A stretch of DNA of 27,694 nt, from contig NC_057749.1 of NCBI RefSeq assembly GCF_004010195.1, positions 12,211,650 to 12,239,343 on the forward strand, written 5' to 3'. The notes beneath the pieces were generated by a model that was not told the DNA's origin, did not search any database, and worked only from the letters and a program-made list of their open reading frames with translations. This document shows positions 1 through 11,757 of the stretch, piece after piece. Source of the DNA: Chiloscyllium plagiosum. Taxonomy: Eukaryota. A program made the position numbers and the translations under genes. Each line of letters begins with the position of its first letter. Position 1 is the first letter of the stretch.

Positions 1-879
1 ATGATAAATGTGTGGATAATACAGAATGTAAGACATAATACCAAATACAATCAATCAGAGGGCGTGTCATCTCTCATGACTAACCCTTGGAACCCAAGGA
101 ATATTCCGGCAAAGTCACACCATCCTCCCTTCAACACTAATACACTAAGTCTTGATTTTATGTTGTTTTCTTTTAATGTGCCTATATTGTAATTTATATT
201 TCAAGTCTTGTTTTAAAACTGTTTCACATTAGTCTGGCATAGGGCCACATGATCTGATTGATGTCATTTTAAAATGGCCCCTCCTGCACGTTGACCCTAT
301 GTCACATTGCCAACCCTCCATGGTCACAGCCTCTGCTTCTCACTAACACTCCCTCTTATCAAACCTCCTATGCCCCAATTCCTTCTCTTGGAATTCCTTC
401 CACCTGACATTTTCTTCTCTTGAAGCTTCACTATAAGCAGGGGTTCTGGACAGGAACGGCAAGAGTCAGGTAGAGCAGCTTAGACCTGGAGACAGCAGCA
501 AGAGGGAGAGGCCATGAGTCTATCTAGTCAGCAGTGAGAGCAAGGGCCAAGGAATAGCAGATGGTCACAGAAAGAAAAGTGGCATCTAGGAGTTGGAGGT
601 GTGTTCTGGTGGTTACAGCAAGCAAAAGTGAAGTTGAAAGTGACCACGTTCCTTTAATATTTATCAATTATTTTAAAAGTTTTTCATTTACCAATATTAA
701 GTGATTCAATTTTCAGGATATAGAGTTTATGGAGTTTTTTTTCTAACAACGTAGGTCCGAAAGAACATAACTACAGCTCTTACATTTTTTCTAACGAAGG
801 AATCTGATTCACTTAAAATCAATTAACTTTAAGTTTAACTTGTGCAACCATAACTTCAATTGAGGATTCACTATATGTC

Positions 880-1030
880 CTTCCCAAGGTGTGATGGCCA
901 GCACAATTTTCAGTATTTCAGAAGTAGTTTAATTAGGGCTTCATATATTTGTAGTAGAAGGTTTATTCTTTTGTATTCTAATGCTCTATGTAAAACAGAA
1001 TACATTCCCTCAGCCTTCGGCTAATTTATA
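880..1030 (-). mobile_element. Old, highly degraded CR1 LINE ORF2 fragment
   Basis: Resembles the reverse complement of the CR1 post-RT region (LY-LV---LEYC-QFW-P) seen in better copies in this window; heavily mutated. Confidence 0.35.
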
Positions 1031-2576
1031 ATGCAATACATGACATTTTAACAATACATGCACTTGTACATTCTGATTTGATCCATTCAATAGCAGTTTC
1101 CAATGAACAATAAAGGCAGAGAAAGGATGGGACATCTAACTCCTGCTACAAGTGTCAAATCTGAAATCTGCATAGATAAAAATGTTTAGGAAAAATCACG
1201 AGAAGCCAAAGAATTGTCTGATTACTATCAAATTAGGACACATGTTACCTAGCCAGTGTCTGAAGCTCATGTACCAAAGCCAAAAAAAGCAGTCTCAAAA
1301 GATAAAATATTGTGTTTGTAGGAAACGGAGACATAAAAGGGAAGGTATTAGTCTTATCGTTTAATTCATTTAGATTCTGTCCTTCTCTCCTCATATTTAC
1401 CCAATAGTCCTTGTTGTTCTCACCCATCTAAATTTTCAGGAAGGATATTACATCAATTTTTGTACATGGCTACAATTCTATTAATCTTTTTGTTTATTTA
1501 TTGTCAATGTTTGGCCAGGACCTGCAGGTTGTACTGCTTTGCTGCTATGGTGGTGTACACAATATTATAAAATAAACCATCTAGTGAGCACATTTCACTA
1601 TTGAATTCTGTAGTGGTATAAACAAACTGGAAAACTCAGGAACCAGAGTGGAATAAATCCTATATAAAAAGAGATAACTAAATTCTGCAGAATTAAATTG
1701 ACACCATCCACAAAACCTGTGTTTCCAGAGAAGGACATTGTCATGGCTAGAGACCTCATGTGAAATGACCTCAACAGACATATCAAGAACAAATAAGGAC
1801 AAAATTTTGTTTTCTAAGGAACTAAATTCAAGATCCATTGGAAGGATCAGATTTCATTGCAATTTGATAAACAGGTTTCATTGCAATTTGATCAAGTCAG
1901 AGGGAGGGTAATTCATGCTGTAGCAATTGAGCTCAGTCTCAGTCATAGAAAATGTTAAAAAATTCTCCAGAACCAGACAGCATCAAACCCTAAAAGACCG
2001 TGCTACTTAACAGAATGTTCTCTTTTCATGAGATGTTCCTTAAGAACAATAACAGTACTGACACCTACCGCAAAATTACAATGGTATCTATATTTAAAAC
2101 TATTCCCATACAACTGTCAGCCATGCCACAAAGTAAAAAGTCCCCCATTAACAAATGGACATAAACCAGTTTGATGAAGGGATATGGGAACAAAGGGAGT
2201 GTGATTTTGACTACTTGCTCTCAATAAAGATTAATGCCAACACAGATCAACTAGACCAATAGCCCTTCTTCTGTGAATTAACTGAAGAACATGCTTTCAT
2301 TTATGTTATGGCATTCCTAACTATGATTACAACCATGATTAAATTTTAACTTAAGACAACAACATCAGAGGGGACTGATGTAAATGCCAAAGTGATGTGT
2401 AATTTCATTTTACAGGATTGCCACCTTTGTGAGTTTAACTTGTAAAAATGTCCCAACATCCCATAATTCCTCAACCTTTTGACATTAAGGTGTACTCTTA
2501 ACTGGGATGTCCTTTTTTAAACAAGACCTAAGAAATACCTCAATCATATCTGAGCGCATTTAGCATTCAAGTTTTT

Positions 2577-2910
2577 AGAACATAGAAAAATACAGCGCAG
2601 TACAGGCCCTTTGGCCCTCGATGTTGCGCCGATCCAAGCCCACCTAACCTACACTAGCCCACTATCCTCCATATGCCTATCCAATGCCCGTTTAAATGCC
2701 CATAAAGAGGGAGAGTCCACCACTGCTACTGGCAGGGCATTCCACGAACTCACGACTCGCTGAGTAAAGAATCTACCCCTAACATCTGTCCTATACCTAC
2801 CACCCCTTAATTTAAAGCTATGCCCCCTCGTAATAGCTGACTCCATACGTGGAAAAAAGTTCTCATGGTCAACCCTATCTAAACCCCTAATCATCTTGTA
2901 CACCGCTATC
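2577..2910 (-). mobile_element. CR1 LINE 3' end (ORF2 C-terminus, 3'UTR, TTCTATG-type tail)
   Basis: Minus-strand ORF VYKMIRGLDRVD..TRGHSFKL..RFFTQRVVSSWNALP..FKRALDRHM; tail agaacatagaa; flanks tcaagttttta (2567-2577) and tcaacttttta (2909-2919) resemble a TSD. Confidence 0.93.
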
Positions 2911-2985
2911 AACTTTTTATTCACTTTCACAGCCAAGTTTGACTGGTGCTCTACATCTCCAGAAATATATTTCAAATTAACTTAC

Positions 2986-3042
2986 TACACTTGGGTTTTA
3001 ATGGCGGTATCACACTACTGGAAAAGCTCCAGATCTCGATCA
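2986..3042 (-). CDS. Candidate internal 57-nt exon (phase 1-1) of an unidentified minus-strand gene, peptide (x)IEIWSFSSSVIPPLKPKC
   Basis: Minus strand: acceptor tctccttgcattttacag, donor gtaagt; length divisible by 3; only one of three frames is stop-free; lies in non-repeat sequence. Confidence 0.5.
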
Positions 3043-3407
3043 CTGTAAAATGCAAGGAGATACCATTATGAACATTGTGAAGTCAGTTCTTCAGCATGCA
3101 TTTTCACTGACAGTTTTGATTTAATCTATATCCCAAAATCTCAAAACAATAAGAGGTTTATTTAGCATTCAAAAATAAACCCAACAATATCACAAAGGTA
3201 TTATACTGAAATACAACCTTATCTCCAGAACAAAATTATAAACTAATGCACGCAACACCTTTCATCAACACATTGGCTTCAAAAGGCAGTCTGAGATTAT
3301 TCAGCTGTGTTGAATCTGGGAAGATAAATATTCAACATGATTATACATATACATGCTCAATGTAACTGAAAATTATGAACAAACACAATCTAAGTTAGAT
3401 TACAAAA

Positions 3408-3533
3408 AAAACTATAGATGTTGGAAATCTGAAACAAAAACAAATTGCTGGAAAATTCCAGAAGGTCTGACAGCATTTATGGAGAGAAATCAGAGTTAAC
3501 AGTTTGGGCCCAGCGATCCTTCTTCAGAACTGA
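3408..3533 (-). mobile_element. Penelope-like element 3' terminus (pLTR) with decayed hammerhead motif
   Basis: Minus: gttCTGAAGAaggatc-gctg-ggcccaaactgttaactctgatttctctcc...agcaatttgtttttgtttcagatttccaacatct; similar to PLE termini at 24862-24907/26601-26680 and 27041-27177; GAAA mutated. Confidence 0.75.
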
Positions 3534-3568
3534 CGGGAGCTAAGAAGTCTTTTTTTACACCGAAGATG

Positions 3569-4012
3569 GAGTCATTGAGATGTACAACACGGAAATAGTC
3601 CCTTTGGTCTAACTCGTCCTTGCCGACCAAATATCCCAACCCAAACTAGTCCCACCTGTCAACACCCGGCCCATATCCCTCCAAACTCTTCCTATTCATA
3701 TACCCAATCCTTTTAAATATTGTAATTACACCAGCCTCCATTACTTCCTCTGGCAGCTCATTCCATAGCCACACCAACCTCTGCATGCAAAAGATGCTCC
3801 TTGGGTGCCTTTTATATCTTTCCCTTCTCAGCCTAAACCTATCCCCTCTAGTTCTGGACTCCCCCACTCCAGGCAAAAGACCTGTCTATTTACCCTAACC
3901 ATGTCCCTTATGATTTTATAAACCTCTATAAGGTCACCCCTCATCCTCAGACGCTCCAAGGAACACAGCCCCAGCCTATTCAACCTCTCGTTACAGCTCA
4001 AATTCTCCAATC
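3569..4012 (-). mobile_element. CR1 LINE 3' fragment
   Basis: ORFs ERLNRLGLCSLERLRMRGDLIEVYKII and ESRTRGDRFRL..WNELPEEVMEAG; CR1-type 3'UTR. Confidence 0.92.
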
Positions 4013-4289
4013 CTTATAGAATGACAGAGAGGGTAAGGAGTAAATAGAGCCCAAAGAGAGAGAAGAACAGTTTGACAGATAAAGCAATGGATAATCAGAC
4101 TAGGAGAATTAGTAACTGCAAAAGGAAAATGGATCGAACGTAATAGCAGACCGTGTGATAACAACACAGAAGAAAATGCCTCAATCCCTAAAACTGTTGA
4201 GCCCGATATTGAGTTCAGTTTGGTCTAGTTTGGACCAAAGGTCCAGTCTCCATACTGTAAGACTCTATTATTGAAGGATGTGAGCACAT

Positions 4290-4790
4290 CACAGAGAGTG
4301 CACGTGGCTTAAAAAAAAATGGTACCAGGGATGGGGAACTTCAGTTTTAAGGATAGTTTGAACAAGTTAGGACTGTTTGAACTGTTCTCGATGAAGGCCG
4401 AGAGGATCTTTGTTAGAGGTTTTCAAAATCATGAATAGGTTAGATAGAGCAGATACTGACAACCTGTTCCCACTTCAAAAAGGGAACAAAAACAAGAGGG
4501 CATAGATTTAAAGTGGTGCGTAAAAGCAGCAAGGGTGGTGATGCGAGAAAAAAAAGTTTTTCACTCAATGATTTGTTACAATATGGAATGCTCTGCCTAG
4601 AATTGTGGTGAAGGGGCGCTCTATTGAATGCCTCAGTTAAGCACTGGATGACTATTTGGATAGAAACACAGTGCAAGGATTTGCTGAAGAAGCAGGAGAT
4701 TGGCACTAGGTAAGGATGCTCATTTGCTGGTGTAGGTGAAATGGGCCAAATAGTCTCATTCCACATCATATTTCTGCGATTCATGAAGAC
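4290..4790 (+). mobile_element. Older CR1-group LINE 3' fragment
   Basis: Degenerate MVPGMGNFSFKDSLNKLGL..EVFKIMNRLDRAD..TRGHRFKV..WNALP; 3' end atgggccaaatag..ctgcgattc. Confidence 0.8.
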
Positions 4791-6007
4791 CACAGCATTA
4801 TTGGTAAGCCAGCTATCTAAAATAGAAGATGGAAGATTAGGAGACAATAATGATACAGAATTCAAGTTAGGGGAACAGGCAAGACACAATCCCAGGAGTG
4901 TATGTAGTCATCCTCATGTCTGCAAAATAGTTCAATCGACTGGAAAAGCAGAGGTCATGTGTCACATTTTGTAATGTAAGGCGTGTGATTTATATATATT
5001 TTAATATCACATTTACAGTTGGATTTTGAATTCGTGGCATCTGGCTTTGGTCTATTTGATGATTAAACTTGACAGTATTTCTGAAATCGTAATGGTTAAA
5101 ATTAGACATATTAAAAAACTTCTCCAAGAAAAAGGAGTTAGGTCAGAAAAATTATGAAATAGGTTAGCTCAGTGTTACAGGATTAGCTTGAAAGTTCCAG
5201 ACTAGAAGTGTTTGGTTAGAATCCTGAAGGAGTTGTTTGAAGTTCAGAAAGTTAAGCGCTGTTGTGTGATTGATCATGAAAGAAAGTACTGCAAACCGGA
5301 AATGATTTGTTGGCAAAAAAAGTACAGAAACCTAATTGGTGTTTTCGAGATCATTGGCAGGAAAATCAGGGAACTCAGTAATCTTGTGATTAGAACCTAG
5401 GAAATAGTCATGCTTAAATCGGCAGTTTTTCCCAAACAGGTCATGACAAGAGATTAGGGGTTTGTCTGGAATTATTATGGAATAGAGAAATGAAAATATG
5501 GTATCAGTACGTGATAAATTATTACATAGAAAAAAAGTGATACTGGAAACTTTCTACAAATGGAAAAGTAACCCCTGACAAGCTGAAATAAAATTACAAA
5601 AGCCAGATGGATTGAACTGACAAATAAATTGGGAGTGGAATTGTCTGCAAAAGCTAAGAAGGCAAATATAATCCATGGGCTCGTGACAATTGAGTTTTAG
5701 TAGAAATACAGGATAGACCAGGTACTCAATGCAGTGAAAAATCAAAATCAGATAGTATTGACTTAAGTAGCTTGAGTATGGAGAAAAATAAAGCAGCTCA
5801 AAATAAAAAATGTTGGATTTCTAAAGGGCAGAGAGAGACAAAGACAAATAATTTATGAAACTAGATTTAGAAGTGCAAAGGTGAAAAAAAGGTGCGCGCG
5901 CCAGGGAATGTTTAGCTTGGAATGACACTGCCTTAAAAGAAAAGAGAGAACCCAGCAACCAAGAAGATTGGGAAAACCCTACTGATAGCATAAAGACTGC
6001 TAAGAAG

Positions 6008-7295
6008 ATGTTTAAGTTTGCACAGACCTACCAGAATTTTAGGGAATTGGATGTGAAGACATTCTTTAATGTCCTTTGAGAAAATAACGAGACAGGAAAA
6101 TTGACCAAAACAATATCAGACATTCCTCAAGCATGGTAAATTGACAGGTAATGCACAAGAAATGTATGCTTCACAGTCAGAAGAGATTTTGAGGAATTAT
6201 GACATGGTAAAAAGAGCTATACTGGATACAGATGAATTCATGCTGGAGGCATAAAGGCAAAACTGGTGAAGCTGACATTGATGCCATGTGGTTGGAGGGT
6301 CCCAAGGAGGAAGATGAAGTGTTTTCCTTTAGGCAAATGATACAGCCAAACCCAAAAAAATGAGAAGGATTTTGTTTTCCCGCCAGAAAATTTCATGAAA
6401 TCTTGTGTACTAACACTTACGCTAAGTGCAAAGGACATCCCAGTTCCACTGTTCAAAGTCCAATTTAGAGTGTGACCCCTTATCTGGGCCAGTCATAGTT
6501 GGTTAATTTAAAAATTATCCATGCATGGACTTGACTTACTCCTGAGTGATGATTTGGTGGAATGAAAGTCAAAGCTTCAGCTATAATCATGGGCAGTCTA
6601 AGAGAAGTTACAGGAGACACAGTATTTATGGAATATGTTCCAGGGATTCTTCTGTCAATTGTAATGACCATAAAAATGGCTAAACCAAGTTTGTCACCTA
6701 TTTGGGACATCTTCAATAGTTGAGGCATGAGAAGCAGATGCAGATTTAAAGAAGTTAGTGGCTGAAGGAGTTTTGAAATGCTATTACATTGCCACAACCA
6801 ATGTTCCAAAACATGTTCTGAAGCCAGTGTTTGAAAGGGCACCTGTAAGTTTTGTAAAGCAAGTAACTAGACACCCAAGGCAATTATCAAAAATGAGTGA
6901 CCTGTGAACTAGAGCGAGAGTGAACAGACACCTGGTCTGTGCTTTCTATCATTCTGGGCCTCAAAGGCAGGTAAATTGGAAAACTTAGCATACTCTTTAA
7001 AACATTTAACTTTTGTGTTGACTCTGGAAATAGCGCAACTTGATTTCCAGCACACTTTCCCAGTGATCCTTAACAAGATTAAAATGGAGAAGGAATTGGA
7101 GATATCCTCACAGATCAGCAAACAATGTTCTTCCTCAAATAATCATACAAAGTAGCACGAGATTCCTATGGCAGGACATGTAGGAATAAGGAGACACAAG
7201 CATCAATGAACAGTTATTTTACCTGGCCAAGACTTCATAAAGATGTGATGAAGTTCTCTAAAATGTGCTATGCATGTCAGGTAGTAAGAAAACCT
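6008..7295 (+). mobile_element. Decayed Gypsy LTR-retrotransposon internal region (gag, protease remnant, integrase HHCC), Gmr1-like
   Basis: 6008-6262 gag-like KLTGNAQEMYASQSEEILRNYDMVKRAILDTDEFMLEA*RQ; 6434-6478 DIPVPLFKVQ; 7156-7295 HEIPMAGHVGIR/..YFTWPRLHKDVMKFSKMCYACQVVRKP with frameshifts. Upstream 4970-6007 may be LTR/leader but is unresolved. Confidence 0.75.
6259..6335 (-). mobile_element. Penelope-like element fragment (end of GIY-YIG ORF) inserted in the Gypsy gag
   Basis: Minus translation KHFIFLLGTLQPHGINVSFTSF matches the typical C-terminus of PLE ORFs; compare KEQHFIFHLG at 24460-24490. Confidence 0.75.
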
Positions 7296-7384
7296 GTGTA
7301 ATGAAACCAGCACCTTGGAAACTGGTTCTTCAGTAACCGATGAGAGTAAATTGAGCATTAGTAGAATCACACAGCATTCAGGGA

Positions 7385-8422
7385 GACCTAGACAAGTGGA
7401 TGCAAAATTGGCTTGACAGTAGCAGACAGAGGGTTGTCCAGCAGTGTGCCGCAAAGATCTGTGCTGAGTCCACTGTTGTGCGTCATTGATACAAATCATT
7501 TGGATGTGAATATAGGAGGCATGGTTACTAAGTATTTGGGTAACGCAAAATTGGTGGTATAGTTGACAGTGAAGAAGGATGTTTAAGAGTACAACTGTAT
7601 CTTGCTCATTTGGGCCTGTAGGCCAAGGAATGACAGATGGAGATTAATTCAGATGCAAGGATTTGCATTTTGGTAAGACAAATCAGGATAAGATTTGCAC
7701 AGTTGATAGCAGGGCCCTGGGCTTAGTTGTTGAACAGAGTGACCCGGGGTGTGGCACATAGTTCATTGAAAGTGGTCTAGACAGGGTAGTGAAGGAGGCA
7801 TTTGGCACGCTTGCCTTCATTGGTCAGAGCATGAAATATAGGAGTTGGGATGTCATGTTGCAGCTGTACAAGACATTGGTCAGGCCAAATCTGGAATACT
7901 GTATCCAATTCTGGTTGCCCTGTTATAAGAAAGATGTTACTAAACTGGAAATGATTCAAAATAGACTTCCAAGGATGTCACCAAGACTGGAAGTTTGAGT
8001 TATCAGGGGAAGTTGGATAGGCTCGGATATTGTTTTACTAGAGTATCGGAGGCTGCAGGCTGCCTTATATAGCTTTATAAAATCATAAGGAGCATAGCTA
8101 AGGTAAATAGCCAAAAGTATTTTCTTCAGCGCAAGGAAGTCCAAAACTAGAGGGCATAGATTTAAGGTGAGAGGGAAAAGATTTAAAAGGGATCTGAGGG
8201 GCAATTTTTTCACACATAGGGTGGCACAAATATAGCATGTGCTGCCAGCGGAAGTGGCAGAGGTGGGTATAATTACAACAATTAAAAGCCATTTGATAGG
8301 TACAGGGATAGAAAATGTTGAGGAATTTGGACCACACTCAGGCAAATGGGACTTGTTCAGTTTAGGAAACCTGGTCGGCAAGGGAAGTTGGGCCTAAGGG
8401 TCTGTTTCCGTGGATTATGACT
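7385..8422 (+). mobile_element. CR1 LINE, RT C-terminal half to 3' end, degraded
   Basis: Decayed GVPQGSVLGPLL and SKFADD regions; ORF LQLYKTLVRPNLEYCIQFWLP; 3' stem gggcctaagggtctgtttcc. Confidence 0.92.
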
Positions 8423-8447
8423 TTCATAAATATATAAATGACTATAT

Positions 8448-8725
8448 CTTTGATAAAGATAGATAGGAGGCATGGTTAGTAAGTTTGCAGATGATACAAA
8501 AATTGCTGGTATAGTGGTCAGTGAAGAAGGTTATCTCAGAGAACAACAGAACCTTGATCAAATGGGCCAAGGAGGTCCAGATAGAATTTAATTTAGATAA
8601 ATGTGAGGTGTTGCATTTTGTTAAGGCAAACCAGGGCAGCACTTATACAGTTAGCTAAAGGGCCCTGGGGAGTGAGAGAGAGATCTCAGGGTGCAGGTGC
8701 ATAGTTCCTTGAAAGTGGAGTGACA
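8448..8725 (+). mobile_element. CR1 LINE RT fragment
   Basis: ggaggcatggttagtaagtttgcagatgatacaaaa = GGMVSKFADDTK; also FNLDKCEVLHF. Confidence 0.9.
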
Positions 8726-9668
8726 ATAAGGTCCTAGGGAGTACTGAAAATGTGTTGCTGGAAATGCGCAGCAGGTCAGGCAGTATCCAAGAAGCAGGAG
8801 AATCGACGTTTCGGGCATGAGTCCTTCTTCAGGAAGAAGGGCTCATGCCCGAAACGTCGATTCTCCTGCTCCTTGGATGCTGCCTGACCTGCTGCGCTTT
8901 TCCAGCAACACATTTTCAGCTCTGATCTCCAACATCTGCAGTCCTCACTTTCTCCTAGGAGTGTTGCTGAACAAAGAGACCTTGGAGTGCAGGTTCATAG
9001 CTCCTTGAAAGTGGAGTCGCAGATAGATAGGATAGCGAAGAAGGCGTTTGGTATGCTTTCCTTTATTGGTCAGCGTATTGAGTTCAGGAGTTGTGACTGT
9101 ACAGGACATTGATTAGGTCACTGTTGGAATATTGCGTGCAATTCTGGTCTCCTTCCTATCGGAAAGATGTTGTGAAACTTGAAAGGGTTCAGAAAAGATT
9201 TACAAGGATGTTGCCAGGGTTGGAGGATTGGGCTAAAAGGAGAGGCTGAACAGGTTGGGGCTGTTTTCCCCGGAGCAACGGAGGCTGAGCGGTGACCTTA
9301 TAGAGGTTTACAAAATTATGAGGGGCATGGATAGGGGAAATAGGCAGAGTCTTTTCCCTGGGGTTGGGAAGTCCAGAACTAGAGGGCATAGGTTCAGGGT
9401 TTGAAGGGAAAGATATCAAAGAGACCTCAGGAGCAACGTTTTCACACAGAGTGGTACGTGTAAGGAATGAGCTGCCAGAGGAAGTGGTGGAGGCTAGTAC
9501 AATTGCAACATTTCAGAGGCATTTGGATGGATATATGAATAGGAGGGGTTTGGAGGGATATGGGCCGGGTGCTGGCAGGTGGGACGAGATTGGGTTGGGA
9601 TATCTGGTCGACATGGACGGGTTGGACCGAAGGGTCTGTTTCCATGCTGTACGTTTCTGTGACTCTAT
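8726..9668 (+). mobile_element. 5'-truncated CR1 LINE interrupted by a PLE fold-back
   Basis: EQRDLGVQVH..LEYCVQFWSP..LERVQKRFTRMLPG..NELPEEVVEA; ends gactctat. Confidence 0.93.
8744..8954. mobile_element. PLE-derived fold-back (palindromic) element with hammerhead motif
   Basis: Inverted arms 8744-8830 and 8833-8919 plus ~35-nt unpaired tail; flanked by cctagggagt and cctaggagt (TSD-like); minus-strand CTGAAGA-a-ggac-tcat-gccc-GAAA-cgtc at 8805-8832. Confidence 0.9.
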
Positions 9669-9781
9669 AACTGCCTTACCCTCATACACACACTTTGACA
9701 CCTCTTCAAATTTACACTAGGTTTGTTAGGCGTGATGTTCCCTGACAAAGCCATGCTGACTATCACAAAGGGTGCTACAGG

Positions 9782-9982
9782 TTTGGAACTCCTTCCACAA
9801 ATGACAGTGGATGCTGGATAAGTTAATTTTAAATCTGAGGTCGATAATTTTTTTTTGTGGAGCAACAGTATTAAGGGATATGGACCAAAGCAGTTATGTA
9901 GAATTAGGCCACAGATAAACTATGATCTCATTGTTGAAAAAGGCTTGTGCTTGTATGAGCTACTCCTGCTCCTGTGTTCCTA
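9782..9982 (+). mobile_element. CR1 3' end fragment
   Basis: WNSFPQMTVDAG..FKSEVDNF..IKGYG; 3'UTR ending ctactcctgctcctgtgttcct. Confidence 0.75.
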
Positions 9983-10046
9983 CTTAAATGATGATAAATG
10001 GTCCTATAGAATTTGGGAATTAATGGTACATAAGAAAAATAATTGA

Positions 10047-10903
10047 ATAAGACTGTAAACCATAGGTGCCGAAGTAGGCCATTTAACATTTGAGTCTGCT
10101 CCTCTCGTCAATGAGATCATGACTTCAACTCCACTTTCTAGCCTTTTACTGCAACAACCTTTAATTCCCTTTCTAATTAAAAATCTGTCTATCTTTGCCT
10201 TGAACATGGTAAATAACACAGCCTTGGACAGTCATCTGCAGTAAAGATTTCCACAAAACTGCTAACTTCTGAGAGAAGAAATTCATCCTCATCTGTTTTT
10301 AAATGTGCTAATCCCTTGATGTGAGATTATTCTGCATCTCCCCTGTCAAGTTCTCTAAGAATGTTATAGGCTTCACTAAGACCACCTCTGATTCAGTGAG
10401 TGCAGGCCCAATCTACTCAACCTCTTCCTCATAAAATACCCTCCATAACTAGTTTTAGCTAAGAGAATCTTCTCTGGACTGTCCCCGGTGTGAGTATATC
10501 TTTGTTTAGATAAGTGGACTAAAACTGTTCATTGTATTCCACCTGATGTCTGATTAGTGCATTGTATAGTTTTAGCAAAACTTCCTTACTTTTTATATTG
10601 TATTTCCCTTGAAATAAAAGCTAACATTACATTTGCCTTCCTTTTTACCTACTGAACTTGGCTGCCAGCATCTTTGTAGTTTGAGGATGAGGCCTCCCAA
10701 AACCCTCTGTTCTGTTGCTTTCTGCACACGCATTCTCTATTTAAATAATATTCATTTAAATAATTATCCGCATAAGTGCATAATCTCCTATCTTCCCACA
10801 ATGTTTTCCATCTGCCAAGTTTCAGCCCACATGCTTCGTGTCTCTATATTCCACTGCAGACATTCATCCTCAGGATGTGCCTTTCCACACATTTTTGTGT
10901 CAT
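10047..10903 (-). mobile_element. CR1 LINE 3' part running into an assembly gap
   Basis: Minus ORF MFKAKIDRFLIRKGIKG; LYNALIR..EYNEQF; KCGKAHPE region; CR1 3'UTR. Confidence 0.85.
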
Positions 10904-11403
10904 NNNNNNNNNNNNNNNNNNNNNNNNNNNNNNNNNNNNNNNNNNNNNNNNNNNNNNNNNNNNNNNNNNNNNNNNNNNNNNNNNNNNNNNNNNNNNNNNN
11001 NNNNNNNNNNNNNNNNNNNNNNNNNNNNNNNNNNNNNNNNNNNNNNNNNNNNNNNNNNNNNNNNNNNNNNNNNNNNNNNNNNNNNNNNNNNNNNNNNNNN
11101 NNNNNNNNNNNNNNNNNNNNNNNNNNNNNNNNNNNNNNNNNNNNNNNNNNNNNNNNNNNNNNNNNNNNNNNNNNNNNNNNNNNNNNNNNNNNNNNNNNNN
11201 NNNNNNNNNNNNNNNNNNNNNNNNNNNNNNNNNNNNNNNNNNNNNNNNNNNNNNNNNNNNNNNNNNNNNNNNNNNNNNNNNNNNNNNNNNNNNNNNNNNN
11301 NNNNNNNNNNNNNNNNNNNNNNNNNNNNNNNNNNNNNNNNNNNNNNNNNNNNNNNNNNNNNNNNNNNNNNNNNNNNNNNNNNNNNNNNNNNNNNNNNNNN
11401 NNN
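10904..11403. other. Assembly gap (500 N)
   Basis: Run of N. Confidence 1.
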
Positions 11404-11757
11404 CCACAGCTAGAGTAGTGTGTGCAGTTCTGATCACCACAATATAGGAAAGAGGGGCTGAAAAGGAAATTCACCAGAATATGGTCTTGGAAGATGCATT
11501 TCAGCTTATCCTGTCTTTGGACATAGCATGCGATGTTTTCGTGAGCGCAGATTAGGCTTAGAAGTTACCTGATCAAGTTGTATAAGATTATGAGGGACAA
11601 GGACAAGGGGCGTAATTTTGAAGTGAAAGGCACGAGATTTTGAGGAAAAGCTTTCTTAGAGTGTAAAGGGGTTCTGGATTGCACTGTGTTGGAGGACAGT
11701 TGAGAGGAGATCCACAGAACTTTTTAAAAGTACTTGGATGAGCACTTGAAGTATCAT
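11404..11757 (+). mobile_element. Old CR1 fragment, 5' part; its 3' end resumes at 14281-14397 after the Tx1 insertion
   Basis: ccacagctagagtagtgtgtgcagttctgatcacca = PQLE*CVQF*SP; ends tacttggatgagcacttgaagtatcat, and continues tcataacactgaaggc..gatgggctaag..ttctatgattc after the Tx1 poly(A). Confidence 0.75.

Noticed and set aside
79..150. Possible minus-strand exon LKGGWCDFAGIFLGFQG with a gttagt donor
   Set aside because: No polypyrimidine tract before the AG
1525..1680. Strong minus-strand acceptor ttatctctttttatatag
   Set aside because: All three frames stop within ~80 nt and there is no convincing donor; could be a non-coding or terminal exon but unsupported
1852..1892. 17-bp direct duplication tttcattgcaatttgat (similar 14-bp one at ~21065-21096)
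   Set aside because: Two copies only; ordinary local tandem duplication, not CRISPR-like
8817..9008. Recurrent peptide RNVDSPAPWMLPDLLRFSSNTFS (also 17011-17513)
   Set aside because: Incidental translation of the non-coding PLE terminus, not a gene family
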